DNA from: Nanobdellota archaeon
GTDB lineage: Archaea > Aenigmatarchaeota > Aenigmatarchaeia > Aenigmatarchaeales > Aenigmatarchaeaceae
Reading direction: 5' to 3'
DNA: 64,000 nucleotides
NCBI GenBank assembly: GCA_018901755.1
Contig: JAHIDZ010000001.1
Location: 10,454-74,453, forward strand
The translations under genes and the position numbers were made by a program. Below, piece after piece: positions 18,555-27,255 of the stretch. Every line of letters starts with the position of its first letter. Positions within the stretch are counted from its first letter, which is position 1. The notes below the pieces were generated by a model. The model made no database searches. It was not told the DNA's origin and saw only the letters and a list, made by a program, of their open reading frames with translations.

Positions 18555-19133
18555 ATGTTAGAAGAGCTATTTTCATCAAAGGCAAGGGTAAAGATACTGG
18601 AGTTATTAATATTCAAACAGGAGCAGCTCCATATAAGAGAAATAGCGAGAAGAATAGACGTTTCTGCACCTTACGTGATCAAAGAATTAAATAAACTAAA
18701 AAAACTGAATTTGGTGGCAGAATCAAGAATAGCCAACATGAAACTTTATCGAATCAATAAAGCATCCCCCATTTACGAACCATTAAAGATAATATTCATG
18801 AGAACAGAAAATTTGGGGAAACACCTCAATGAGACTCTTAAAAACAAAAATATGAAATATGCTTTAATATATGGATCGTTCGCATCTGGCAGAGAAACTG
18901 AAAAAAGCGACATAGATTTATTAATCATTGGGTCCATAAAACAATCAGACATAATTGATGCGATAAGCGGTTTTGAAAGAAAGATGCTTAGGGAAGTAAA
19001 TTATATCATATGGACTGAAAAGGAACTTGAAAAAAGAATTAAAGAAAAACATCATCTTTTAGTCGATATCGCTAAAAATCCTGTAATAATGATAATCGGG
19101 GATGAAGATGAATTCAGAAGAGCTGTTAAGTAA
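18555..19133 (+). CDS. wHTH plus minimal nucleotidyltransferase (antitoxin)
   Basis: HIREIARR HTH; YGSFASG...SDIDLL. Confidence 0.9.
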   Translation: MLEELFSSKARVKILELLIFKQEQLHIREIARRIDVSAPYVIKELNKLKKLNLVAESRIANMKLYRINKASPIYEPLKIIFMRTENLGKHLNETLKNKNMKYALIYGSFASGRETEKSDIDLLIIGSIKQSDIIDAISGFERKMLREVNYIIWTEKELEKRIKEKHHLLVDIAKNPVIMIIGDEDEFRRAVK

Positions 19134-19542
19134 AGGCATGATAGAGGCATTGGACATAGACAGCAATCTAATCAAAAAGACGCTAACGCGCGGAGAAAAG
19201 AATCTAAAAAGTTCTAAGAAAATATTCAAAAGCGAAGAATATGACTGGACTTTGGCTGTCGCTTATAGCGCCATGCTCCAGGCTGGAAGAGCTCTGATGT
19301 TTTCTAAAGGCTATCGGCCAAAAGGTGAATTCAAGCATCTATCAGTCATAGAATTTGTTCATTCTGAATTCGGAGACAAGATTTCAAGCAAAATGATCAG
19401 ATTATTTGATAATTACAGAAAAAAGAGAAACAAGATAGTATATGAAGAATATGACATTGTTTCAGAAGACGAGGCTGAAGAAGCTATTAAATTTGCAGAT
19501 GAATTTTTGAATATGGTCAAGAAGATTTTAAAAGTAGCATAA
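19102..19542 (+). CDS. HEPN domain protein (toxin)
   Basis: AYSAML, KHLSVI, RKKRNKIVY. Confidence 0.88.
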   Translation: MKMNSEELLSKGMIEALDIDSNLIKKTLTRGEKNLKSSKKIFKSEEYDWTLAVAYSAMLQAGRALMFSKGYRPKGEFKHLSVIEFVHSEFGDKISSKMIRLFDNYRKKRNKIVYEEYDIVSEDEAEEAIKFADEFLNMVKKILKVA

Positions 19543-19553
19543 CGGTGAAATAA

Positions 19554-19739
19554 ATGAAAAGAAAACTTATTATAGTTTGTTCGGAATGCAGGAAACCCTA
19601 TGCTTTTAGGAAAAAAGGTTCAAATGAAATAGGAAGAGTTCCTTGCAAATGTGGTGCATCAATCTTAGTTATTACCAAACCTACTAAAGAAAAGATCAGG
19701 CGAAAAATGCTCAGAAAAATATTAAAACGTAAATTGTAA
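19554..19739 (+). CDS. Small basic Zn-ribbon protein
   Basis: CSEC...CKCG; GGTGA RBS. Confidence 0.65.
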   Translation: MKRKLIIVCSECRKPYAFRKKGSNEIGRVPCKCGASILVITKPTKEKIRRKMLRKILKRKL

Positions 19740-19763
19740 AGCTTCCAAACATTTAAATAATTA

Positions 19764-20660
19764 TTAACTAACCATAATGAACGTTCCAATAAGTAAGAGC
19801 ACTATTGCAATAATCTTTGTCCAAAGTACGCGTCCTTCAAATTCTTCTTTCATTATTTTGGGTCTAAACTTGCCTATAACAAATGCAAATAAACATACGA
19901 ACAAAATGTTCAAAGATTTTAATGATGTTATCAATGATATTGGCCCAATTAGTGTGGCATATGAAACTAAAAGGAAAGCTATAAGGGCAAATGATTCTGA
20001 TAGTAGCACCAGTTTTAGATTTCTGAAAATTTTATAATTGGTTGAAAAATTATGTCTGAGTTTTTTACTAAACCAAAGAGGAATTGTTCCAAGGAAAAAT
20101 CCAAAGAACCCGCAAAATAGATAAATTGTATAGTCTAAGCCATTTGAAAGAACGAATTTCACCATCACTGTAGCTATTGCAAAAATGATGTTTGATAATA
20201 TCACAAGCTCAAGAGATTTTATCTTTTTTGGAAGCCCTGCTTCAAATTTAAAAGATAATAAGAAAGAGCCAACAAACATTACAATTATTGCGAAATATAT
20301 GAGTGGAGTGAATGTTTCATTTATTAAGAATGCTGCAAATATCGCAACGAAAATAGGGGTTGTGGCCATCAGTGGTATCACCCTCGAAACCTCATCATGT
20401 TTTATGGAATGTAAAATTAGTATAGCTGATAGAGCTCCCAATACACCAGAAGTTATGCCGAGAGCAAGATTCAGTAAAGAAGCAGAAAAATTAGGTATAA
20501 TTAATAGGGTTGCTGTGGCATATATCAAATTCATAAGACATATGAGCATGACATAGGTAAGAGATCCGAAATCCCCCCTTAACACGTATTTTTGAATAAT
20601 ACTTGAGGCCGCATATAAGACAGCTACAAGCATGGTGATAATAACCCACAGCGGAATCAT
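19764..20660 (-). CDS. EamA/DMT family transporter
   Basis: About 10 TM helices in two repeats; EVSRVIPL. Confidence 0.88.
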   Translation of the reverse strand: MIPLWVIITMLVAVLYAASSIIQKYVLRGDFGSLTYVMLICLMNLIYATATLLIIPNFSASLLNLALGITSGVLGALSAILILHSIKHDEVSRVIPLMATTPIFVAIFAAFLINETFTPLIYFAIIVMFVGSFLLSFKFEAGLPKKIKSLELVILSNIIFAIATVMVKFVLSNGLDYTIYLFCGFFGFFLGTIPLWFSKKLRHNFSTNYKIFRNLKLVLLSESFALIAFLLVSYATLIGPISLITSLKSLNILFVCLFAFVIGKFRPKIMKEEFEGRVLWTKIIAIVLLLIGTFIMVS

Positions 20661-20725
20661 AGAAATATATTCAACTGTTTAACTTATTAAATTTTCTATC
20701 AATAAAGTATATTGGAGATGTATAG

Positions 20726-21697
20726 ATGAAGATAATATTGAATATGAAAAAATCACTGGTAATAGAACCAAAACCGCCGTACAATTTTGATGCTACGATT
20801 TTCAAGCCATCTCACTATCCAGATCCACTGAGTAAATATGAGGCTGGGAAATACTGGTTTCCAATGAGATTCAAGAACAAGGTATATGGAATAAAAATGG
20901 AAAATCTCGGAATAGTAAACAGGCCAAAAATCAAGATTAGTATCTTCTATAAATCGAATTTATCAAAGAACGAAATGAAGGAAATTGTAGATGAACTGGA
21001 TTATAGGCTTGAGTTTAATCGTGATATTTCAGAGTTCTTTAGAAGATTCAAAAACGATAAAGTGCTTTCGCCGTTCATAGCGAAATGGTATGGAATGCAT
21101 GGAAGTTGCACCCATGATTTATACGGTCTTTTAATGGTGGGGATATTCCTGCAAAATGCTACTGTTAGGAGAACTGTTCAGATGACAGAAGCTATGCTAA
21201 AGAAATATGGTACTAAGGTTATATTTGATGGGAAGGAGGTCTATGAATTTTGGAAACCTGAGAAAATAATAAAGGTATCTGAAACAGATCTTAGAGCGCT
21301 GAAGGTAGGATACCGGGCTAAGCTGTTCATAAAACTCTCCGAGACGTTTGTTAAAGAGTACATTGATGAATTTGAACTGAGAAAAATGTCGGTAGAAAAC
21401 GCTAAGAAAAAACTGATAAAATTATATGGTGTCGGACCAGAAACCGCACGCATTCTATTGCATGAGGCTTTGCACCATTACGATATATTTGAACATGTCT
21501 CGCCTTGGCAACAAAAGATATACTCAAAACTCCTATTTGGTAAGAAACTGGTTCCAGTTGAAAAGATAATTGGATATGTGAATAGTCACTGGGGCGAATG
21601 GTCGGTTCTTGCCACAAACTATATCTGGGAAGATATCTTTTGGAGAAGGAAACATGGAGAAAATATCCCTTGGCTGGAAAAGGAGATAAGGTTATAA
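20726..21697 (+). CDS. HhH-GPD (AlkA-like) DNA glycosylase
   Basis: LQNAT, LKVGYRA, HhH motif LYGVGPETA. Confidence 0.85.
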   Translation: MKIILNMKKSLVIEPKPPYNFDATIFKPSHYPDPLSKYEAGKYWFPMRFKNKVYGIKMENLGIVNRPKIKISIFYKSNLSKNEMKEIVDELDYRLEFNRDISEFFRRFKNDKVLSPFIAKWYGMHGSCTHDLYGLLMVGIFLQNATVRRTVQMTEAMLKKYGTKVIFDGKEVYEFWKPEKIIKVSETDLRALKVGYRAKLFIKLSETFVKEYIDEFELRKMSVENAKKKLIKLYGVGPETARILLHEALHHYDIFEHVSPWQQKIYSKLLFGKKLVPVEKIIGYVNSHWGEWSVLATNYIWEDIFWRRKHGENIPWLEKEIRL

Positions 21698-21731
21698 GAA
21701 TTGCTTCTAAATAATGTTTAAGGTGAAATAG

Positions 21732-22421
21732 GTGGAAAAAATAACTAAACCTTTAGATGCTAAAGATAAAGCAGGAATATTCACTGAAGGAATAAATTAT
21801 TTCGTTACTGGTGAAAATTCTATATGGGGTAAAGGAGATAAAGAAACTTTAGAATTTTTAGATAAAGAAGAAATTAAAGGCAAATGGTTGAATTTAGCTT
21901 CAGGTGATGGGAGATACAATTTAAATTTATTGAAGAAAGCCAATTTTGTAGTAGCTTCTGATATTGATGAAAGTGCTTTAAGTAAATTATGGCACACCAC
22001 TCCGGAAGAATATAGAAATAAATTAGAAACTAAAGTATTTGATATAGTTAAACCATTTCCGTTTGAAGGCAATTCGTTTGATGGTATTTTCTGTGCAGGA
22101 ACTCTACATCTGTTCCCAGTAGAAGTTTTCAAGAAAATAATTAAAGAAATAGATAGAATACTTAAACCGGGGGGAAAGATTATAATTGATTTCGCAACTG
22201 ATATTAAAAGAATTTCTTCAGAAGGCAAATTAATCACATTTGGGGATGAACCACTTTATACTTTGGAAGAAGCTAAAATATTATTAAAAGAACTTTTCAA
22301 AGATTACAAAACTATGATTAATGAGTTATCGGTGTTTGAAGAAGATTTTAAGGCATGCAATCCGCCATATAAATTTACTTGTAGAGGTGTTTTATTGGTA
22401 GCTGAAAAGGTGAATAGATGA
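21732..22421 (+). CDS. Class I SAM-dependent methyltransferase
   Basis: LNLASGDGR, FDGIF, RILKPGG. Confidence 0.9.
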   Translation: MEKITKPLDAKDKAGIFTEGINYFVTGENSIWGKGDKETLEFLDKEEIKGKWLNLASGDGRYNLNLLKKANFVVASDIDESALSKLWHTTPEEYRNKLETKVFDIVKPFPFEGNSFDGIFCAGTLHLFPVEVFKKIIKEIDRILKPGGKIIIDFATDIKRISSEGKLITFGDEPLYTLEEAKILLKELFKDYKTMINELSVFEEDFKACNPPYKFTCRGVLLVAEKVNR

Positions 22422-23071
22422 AGTTAGCTGATATGACTTGGAAAGAAGCAACAGAAAAATGCAAAGATAAGATTATTCTTATTCCACATGGTTCAACAGA
22501 ACAACACGGATATCATTTGCCATTAAAGACAGATGCCTTTATTGCTGAAAAGGTTTGTGAGATATTTTATGATTCTAAAGATGTTGTAGTTGCTCCGGTA
22601 ATGAATTATACAGGTGTTAGGGCCGGAAAATTTAAACTTGGAACAGTTGGACCAAATGCCGATGAATATGAAGAGTGGCTAAAAGTAATTATTTCTGATT
22701 TTATGAAACTTAAACCAGGGAAAGTATTTTTCTTTTTAGGTCATGATGGAAAAACACAGAGATTGGTTTTGAATAAATTAATTGAAGTATATGGTGATAA
22801 GTTAGGTTATCTTGGTGCAGGAGATTGTGATATAAATGATATTACTGAAACAGGGGGTCATGCAGGTGAAGGAGAAACTTCATTGATGTTATATTTAGAT
22901 CCTAAAAATGTTCAAATGGATAAAGCTGTCGACGAACCATGGCCTGAAGATACAACTAATGGTATAAGCGAAAGTGGTTCTGACGGATTTCCAACTAAGG
23001 CAACTGCTGAAAAAGGAAAACTTCTATTAGAGCTTTTTAGAAAAACGCTTAAAGAAAAGGTGTTTGGATGA
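22418..23071 (+). CDS. Creatininase family amidohydrolase
   Basis: GSTEQHGYHLPLKTD, HAGEGETS. Confidence 0.92.
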   Translation: MKLADMTWKEATEKCKDKIILIPHGSTEQHGYHLPLKTDAFIAEKVCEIFYDSKDVVVAPVMNYTGVRAGKFKLGTVGPNADEYEEWLKVIISDFMKLKPGKVFFFLGHDGKTQRLVLNKLIEVYGDKLGYLGAGDCDINDITETGGHAGEGETSLMLYLDPKNVQMDKAVDEPWPEDTTNGISESGSDGFPTKATAEKGKLLLELFRKTLKEKVFG

Positions 23072-23622
23072 CGGAATTGTTTGATATATTAGATGAAAAT
23101 GGAAATAAAACAGGTAAAACTGAAAATAAGAAAATAATACATGAAAAAGGTTTATGGCATTCAGCTGTTCATATTTGGATATATAATTCAAAAGGAGAGA
23201 TATTGCTACAAAAAAGAGCTATGAATAAAGATTATTGGCCAGGTAGATGGGACATTTCGTCTGCCGGACATATTTCTGCAGGAGAAACGCCTGAACATAG
23301 TGTTGTTAGAGAACTTGAAGAAGAGCTTGGAATTAAGGTTATGCTATCAAATTTGAAAAAAATTAAAATTAGAAAATCGACAAATAGTGTTCCCGAAATA
23401 AACTACTATAATAATGAATTTGATCATGTATTTCTTTTTAGATTTGACGGCGATATATCAGAGTTAAAGTTTGAAGATGGCGAAGTTGAAAAAGTAAAGT
23501 TTATTTCAGCTGAGCGATTCGAGAAAGAGCTTAACGATAAAGAGCTTTTGAAAACATATGTCCCTCATAGACAGTATTATTTTGATATAATTGAAGCTGT
23601 GAAAAAAGAGCTGATCAAATGA
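23068..23622 (+). CDS. Nudix hydrolase (IDI-like)
   Basis: Nudix box GHISAGE...RELEEELG; LLQKR...WPGRWD. Confidence 0.9.
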   Translation: MTELFDILDENGNKTGKTENKKIIHEKGLWHSAVHIWIYNSKGEILLQKRAMNKDYWPGRWDISSAGHISAGETPEHSVVRELEEELGIKVMLSNLKKIKIRKSTNSVPEINYYNNEFDHVFLFRFDGDISELKFEDGEVEKVKFISAERFEKELNDKELLKTYVPHRQYYFDIIEAVKKELIK

Positions 23623-23942
23623 AAATAATAATAAAGAGTCAAAGAAATAGTAGATTTCTATATCAACTTTCATCAATTTGTGTCTTAATTGGTGTTTTCA
23701 TGTTTACTGCTTCATTATCATACATACAAAGTGGTTTATCTTTAGGCAATTCTTCTGATGGTACTGTAGGAATTTTATTTGGATTTGCAAACTATTTTAT
23801 AAATTTTGGTGGTTATGTTGTTTTACTTGGCATTTTCTTTGCGTTTTTAGGATTTGGAATAGATTATGATGAAAACGAAAAGAGAAAAACTTTGAAAACA
23901 AATGATCCAGTTGGAAGATTTTTTAAATGGTGTAATAGATGA
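23619..23942 (+). CDS. Membrane hypothetical protein
   Basis: Two TM helices; ATGA overlap with the previous gene. Confidence 0.6.
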   Translation: MKIIIKSQRNSRFLYQLSSICVLIGVFMFTASLSYIQSGLSLGNSSDGTVGILFGFANYFINFGGYVVLLGIFFAFLGFGIDYDENEKRKTLKTNDPVGRFFKWCNR

Positions 23943-24166
23943 TACAAGTTATAGTATATCTAAAAGCTATATTTACAGTTATATTAAAAAGGGCATCACT
24001 TGGTCTATTAATATTTTTAATTTATTCTGGTATTGCCAATTTCATTTTAAATTTTATGCAATTTGGCTATATTATACCAATAAACTCTAATTTGACTACA
24101 GCAATTATATTTGGAAGTATTGTAGGTTTTATTCAACATACTGTTTTACAAATAAGGAATAAGTGA
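23939..24166 (+). CDS. Membrane hypothetical protein
   Basis: Two TM helices; overlapping start. Confidence 0.55.
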   Translation: MIQVIVYLKAIFTVILKRASLGLLIFLIYSGIANFILNFMQFGYIIPINSNLTTAIIFGSIVGFIQHTVLQIRNK

Positions 24167-24299
24167 AATTAATGTTATGAGGGGTTAAACACTTTTGATA
24201 TGCGTACTCTGAGTTCGCTATTAAAATTTTAAAGAAACCCAATAGCAAAATCTTAGACCAATATCTAAAACTTATTAAGACATAATTTCATTTAATAAT

Positions 24300-24935
24300 A
24301 TGGTTACTCGTATACTTTGTTTCGGTGATTCGCATGTATGGGGATATATTCCTAATACGGACCATGAGAGATTTTCTGATAAAGAAAGGTTCCCAAAAAT
24401 ATTACAGAAATTATTAGGGTCGAAATATGAAATTATTGAAGAGGGATTAAATAGTAGGACATTAGTTTCTGAAGATACAAGACCTAATAAAGAGGGTAGA
24501 AGTGGGAGCACTTATTTGATTCCATGTTTAGATTCACACGACCCTATAGATTTAGTCATTCTTATGCTTGGTGCAAATGAATTAAAGCACAACTTCAATA
24601 ATTCGTCTGAACAGATTGGAAACCTTTTAGAAAAACACTTTGTAAAGGTAATCTTAAAAAGAAAATCTCAATTTAGAAACACTTATCCTAAGTTAATAAT
24701 TGTTTCTCCTCCAATAATAAATGAAGAAACAGAATATGCTCAAAAAAGATATATTGGAGGAACTGAGAAATCAAAACAATTAAGTAAAGTTTATGCGAAA
24801 ATTGCTAAGAGAAATAATTGTGAATTTGTTGATACAAGTCAATTAAAAGTTGGTTCTGATGGGGTTCACATGACTAAAGAAAGTCATACTAAACTCGCAG
24901 AAATTATCATGAGTAAAATAACTCAATCTATGTAG
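24300..24935 (+). CDS. SGNH/GDSL hydrolase
   Basis: FGDSHVWG, EGLNSR, MLGANE, DGVH. Confidence 0.92.
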   Translation: MVTRILCFGDSHVWGYIPNTDHERFSDKERFPKILQKLLGSKYEIIEEGLNSRTLVSEDTRPNKEGRSGSTYLIPCLDSHDPIDLVILMLGANELKHNFNNSSEQIGNLLEKHFVKVILKRKSQFRNTYPKLIIVSPPIINEETEYAQKRYIGGTEKSKQLSKVYAKIAKRNNCEFVDTSQLKVGSDGVHMTKESHTKLAEIIMSKITQSM

Positions 24936-24946
24936 GACGATTCTCG

Positions 24947-24979
24947 TGGGTCCACCACACCAAATGACAATCTTTATAT
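24947..24979 (+). repeat. 33-bp intergenic element, copy 2
   Basis: Matches 18466-18498; lies about 65 bp before attR. Confidence 0.7.
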
Positions 24980-25042
24980 TACCCCGAAAGCACATACAAA
25001 TCACTACAGAAGCGCCTGAAAAGGTAATAGAAGCCCCTAACT

Positions 25043-25056
25043 CAGTGGGAGCACCA
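25043..25056 (+). repeat. attR-like copy of the tRNA-Glu 3' end
   Basis: CAGTGGGAGCACCA identical to 14091-14104. Confidence 0.8.
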
Positions 25057-25137
25057 ACTATTTTTTCTTATTTTATTACATATTGTAACCAATCAATATT
25101 TTTATATACTATAAATTCCATTAGAGAATAGATTGAT

Positions 25138-25422
25138 ATGAATTATAATTATCATCATAGAAAAATAATAAAGAAATTTGAAGGAAAAACAGACGAATTT
25201 ACAAAATTATTTTCTGATAGTGAGATAAAGATATTATTATTATGGGCAATAATTGGACCATTCTGCGCATTAGGTTATATTGTTTGGTTGAAATATCCTA
25301 AACTAAGATTATTATCATTGATATTCTTTTTAGCCAATATGATATATTTCGTAGGACAGTTAGGCGGTATTTTATATATCCTACCAAAGGCTAATATTAT
25401 ACTAAGTAGACTATTCGTATAA
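25138..25422 (+). CDS. Membrane hypothetical protein
   Basis: Two TM helices. Confidence 0.6.
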   Translation: MNYNYHHRKIIKKFEGKTDEFTKLFSDSEIKILLLWAIIGPFCALGYIVWLKYPKLRLLSLIFFLANMIYFVGQLGGILYILPKANIILSRLFV

Positions 25423-25443
25423 TGAAAATTGAGGTGAAATAAA

Positions 25444-25605
25444 ATGGCATTAGTTGTAAAAAACGCAGTAAAGAAATCTACAAAATTGAGAACATCTGGA
25501 GATTTTATCAAAGCATTAGATAAACATGTTGCAGAAATTATGAAAACAGCAGAAGTAAGATGCAAAGCAAACGGAAGAGCAACAATAAGACCTTGCGATT
25601 TATAG
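25444..25605 (+). CDS. Short histone-fold protein, 53 aa (absent from ORF track)
   Basis: MALVVKNAVKKSTKLRTSGDFIKALDKHVAEIMKTAEVRCKANGRATIRPCDL; GAGGTGA RBS; NGRxTIRxxDL histone motif. Confidence 0.9.
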   Translation: MALVVKNAVKKSTKLRTSGDFIKALDKHVAEIMKTAEVRCKANGRATIRPCDL

Positions 25606-25636
25606 GGAACTAGGTTCCCTCCTATTTTTCTTTTTC
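25604..25636 (+). terminator. Hairpin plus T tract after the histone gene
   Basis: AGGGAAC-TAG-GTTCCCT then TTTTTCTTTTT. Confidence 0.5.
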
Positions 25637-25666
25637 AGTTAATTTTATAACAACATAATATTATTC

Positions 25667-26419
25667 TTGTTTATGGATCCATTATCATTTTTAGCAGTAT
25701 TTGCTATAGGAATTATAGCTGCATTTATGGGTAATTTTGCAGGCGGAGGAGGAGGATTACTCTCGATACCGTTATTGATATTTTTAGGATTGCCGCCAGC
25801 TATAGCAGTTGCAACGAATAAATTCGGGGCGCTAGGTGTCTGCGGTTCAGCGGTGTATAAATTCTCTAAAGCAAAAAAAATTGATTTCAAAAATGCCGCG
25901 CCGTTTATAATAATATCTGTAATTGGGGCAGCAATCGGCGCAAATGTGCTTCTAACGTTAGATCAGGCGTTACTTATGAAAATCATAGGCGTGATAATTC
26001 TTTTACTGCTCCCGGCGATATTTCTGAAAAAAGATTTTGGACTAAAGAGGAACCGTGTTGCTAAGAAAGGCAGAACATTGGGTTACATGATATATTTCTG
26101 TATTGCCATTTACAATGGATTTATGGGCGCGGCTGCCGGGTTATTTTCAATATTTTCACTTACTAGATTATTTGGATATACTCTCATAGAATCAATTGCG
26201 CTGGATAAGTTTGTTTTATTATTCAATACAATAATAGCTGTTATAATTTTCGCATCAGCAGGAATAATAAATTATGAGTTTGGTATTGCTATACTTTTAG
26301 GAATGACAGTCGGCGGGTATTTTGGCGCGAAGACCGCGATAGACAAAGGAAACAAGTATGTTAAAATTGCGTTCGGATTGGTCGTATTCGCATCTGCTAT
26401 AAAACTATTATTCTTTTAA
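25667..26419 (+). CDS. TauE/SafE family (sulfite exporter-like) membrane protein
   Basis: AGGGGGLLSIP, AVATNK, YNGFMG. Confidence 0.9.
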   Translation: MFMDPLSFLAVFAIGIIAAFMGNFAGGGGGLLSIPLLIFLGLPPAIAVATNKFGALGVCGSAVYKFSKAKKIDFKNAAPFIIISVIGAAIGANVLLTLDQALLMKIIGVIILLLLPAIFLKKDFGLKRNRVAKKGRTLGYMIYFCIAIYNGFMGAAAGLFSIFSLTRLFGYTLIESIALDKFVLLFNTIIAVIIFASAGIINYEFGIAILLGMTVGGYFGAKTAIDKGNKYVKIAFGLVVFASAIKLLFF

Positions 26420-26446
26420 ATATTTTAGAAATCCATTAAAATTAAT

Positions 26447-26589
26447 GCGGGAGTCGCCCAGCTAGGTCAAATGGATGAATCCAGACCAAAGGCGCAAGCG
26501 TCATTTTGAGTAATGATTCAATATGATTGCGAAACTCAAGATCTTGTCGCTTAGTGCGTTCGCAAGTTCAAATCTTGCCTCCCGCACCA
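26447..26589 (+). tRNA. trnL: tRNA-Leu(CAA) with two non-canonical introns: 26471-26489 (D loop) and 26499-26533 (30/31)
   Basis: GCGGGAG/CTCCCGC acceptor; BHB helices GGTC/GACC and CGCA/TGCG; splicing gives CAAGA-CTCAAGA-TCTTG and a long variable arm. Confidence 0.92.
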
Positions 26590-26620
26590 TTTAAATCTCT
26601 TTGTTATTATATAGTTTTTT

Positions 26621-26992
26621 ATGGTAAGTGAAGTAATTAACGGAGACGAATTTGTTCAAAAAGACATGCTTAGCAGAACAAAGCCATTCACAATAAATGA
26701 AATGGTGGAAAAACACAATCGCGGAAGCATATCAATAAATAACACAGCTGATTATCTTGTAAAATTTAAGAATGTATTCTATCAGACAATCGGATCAAAA
26801 AAACACTACATTAATAGAGATCATGTAAACCCAGAAGAAATTGCAAAAATTAGACTGAGTGATGGTTGCGCATATACTAGCAATGATGAAATTTTAAAAA
26901 CAATATGTGAAGAGTTTTGCTCACGCCTTAATAGAAGAATACAATCTAATAACAGATGTAATGCATATTATTTTAAATTTATTAAGAAATAA
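26621..26992 (+). CDS. Hypothetical protein
   Basis: 123-aa ORF after the tRNA. Confidence 0.55.
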   Translation: MVSEVINGDEFVQKDMLSRTKPFTINEMVEKHNRGSISINNTADYLVKFKNVFYQTIGSKKHYINRDHVNPEEIAKIRLSDGCAYTSNDEILKTICEEFCSRLNRRIQSNNRCNAYYFKFIKK

Positions 26993-27190
26993 TTAAATTG
27001 CTCTAGCGTTTTTACCGACAACTCTTACGATATAGCCACACATTTTATTTTTAATGATTTTATCGTGAACAAGATTCATCTCGTTTATACTTTTTTTATT
27101 TTTATCAAAATCAGTGCTAAATTTATCAGGACATTGACTAACTAACTCTTCTGCCATACTTTTAATCCATCTTGTTTTTACTCTTCCCAT
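26993..27190 (-). CDS. rps17e: 30S ribosomal protein S17e
   Basis: MGRVKT...FSTDFDKNKK...NKMCGYI. Confidence 0.93.
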   Translation of the reverse strand: MGRVKTRWIKSMAEELVSQCPDKFSTDFDKNKKSINEMNLVHDKIIKNKMCGYIVRVVGKNARAI

Positions 27191-27255
27191 ATACACAACC
27201 TGTTAAATCTTTATCAACTCTCATATATAAATAGGTTATTGTAGGTGGATTAGTT

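Larger units (their letters stand above)
14091..25056. mobile_element. Degenerate genomic island integrated at the tRNA-Glu 3' end
   Basis: CAGTGGGAGCACCA at 14091-14104 repeated at 25043-25056; integrase directly after the tRNA; TA modules and accessory cargo. Confidence 0.8.

Noticed and set aside
14177-24935. Integron with attC cassettes
   Set aside because: The integrase shows no IntI features I can recognise, many cargo genes overlap or abut leaving no room for attC sites, and no repeated attC hairpins were found.
24946-25131. 61-aa ORF from the track
   Set aside because: It spans the 33-bp repeat and the attR copy, has no recognisable motif, and is probably non-coding element end.
25604-25620. 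Eukaryote-like histone mRNA stem-loop
   Set aside because: It does not match the metazoan consensus and overlaps the stop codon; a simple terminator hairpin is sufficient explanation.
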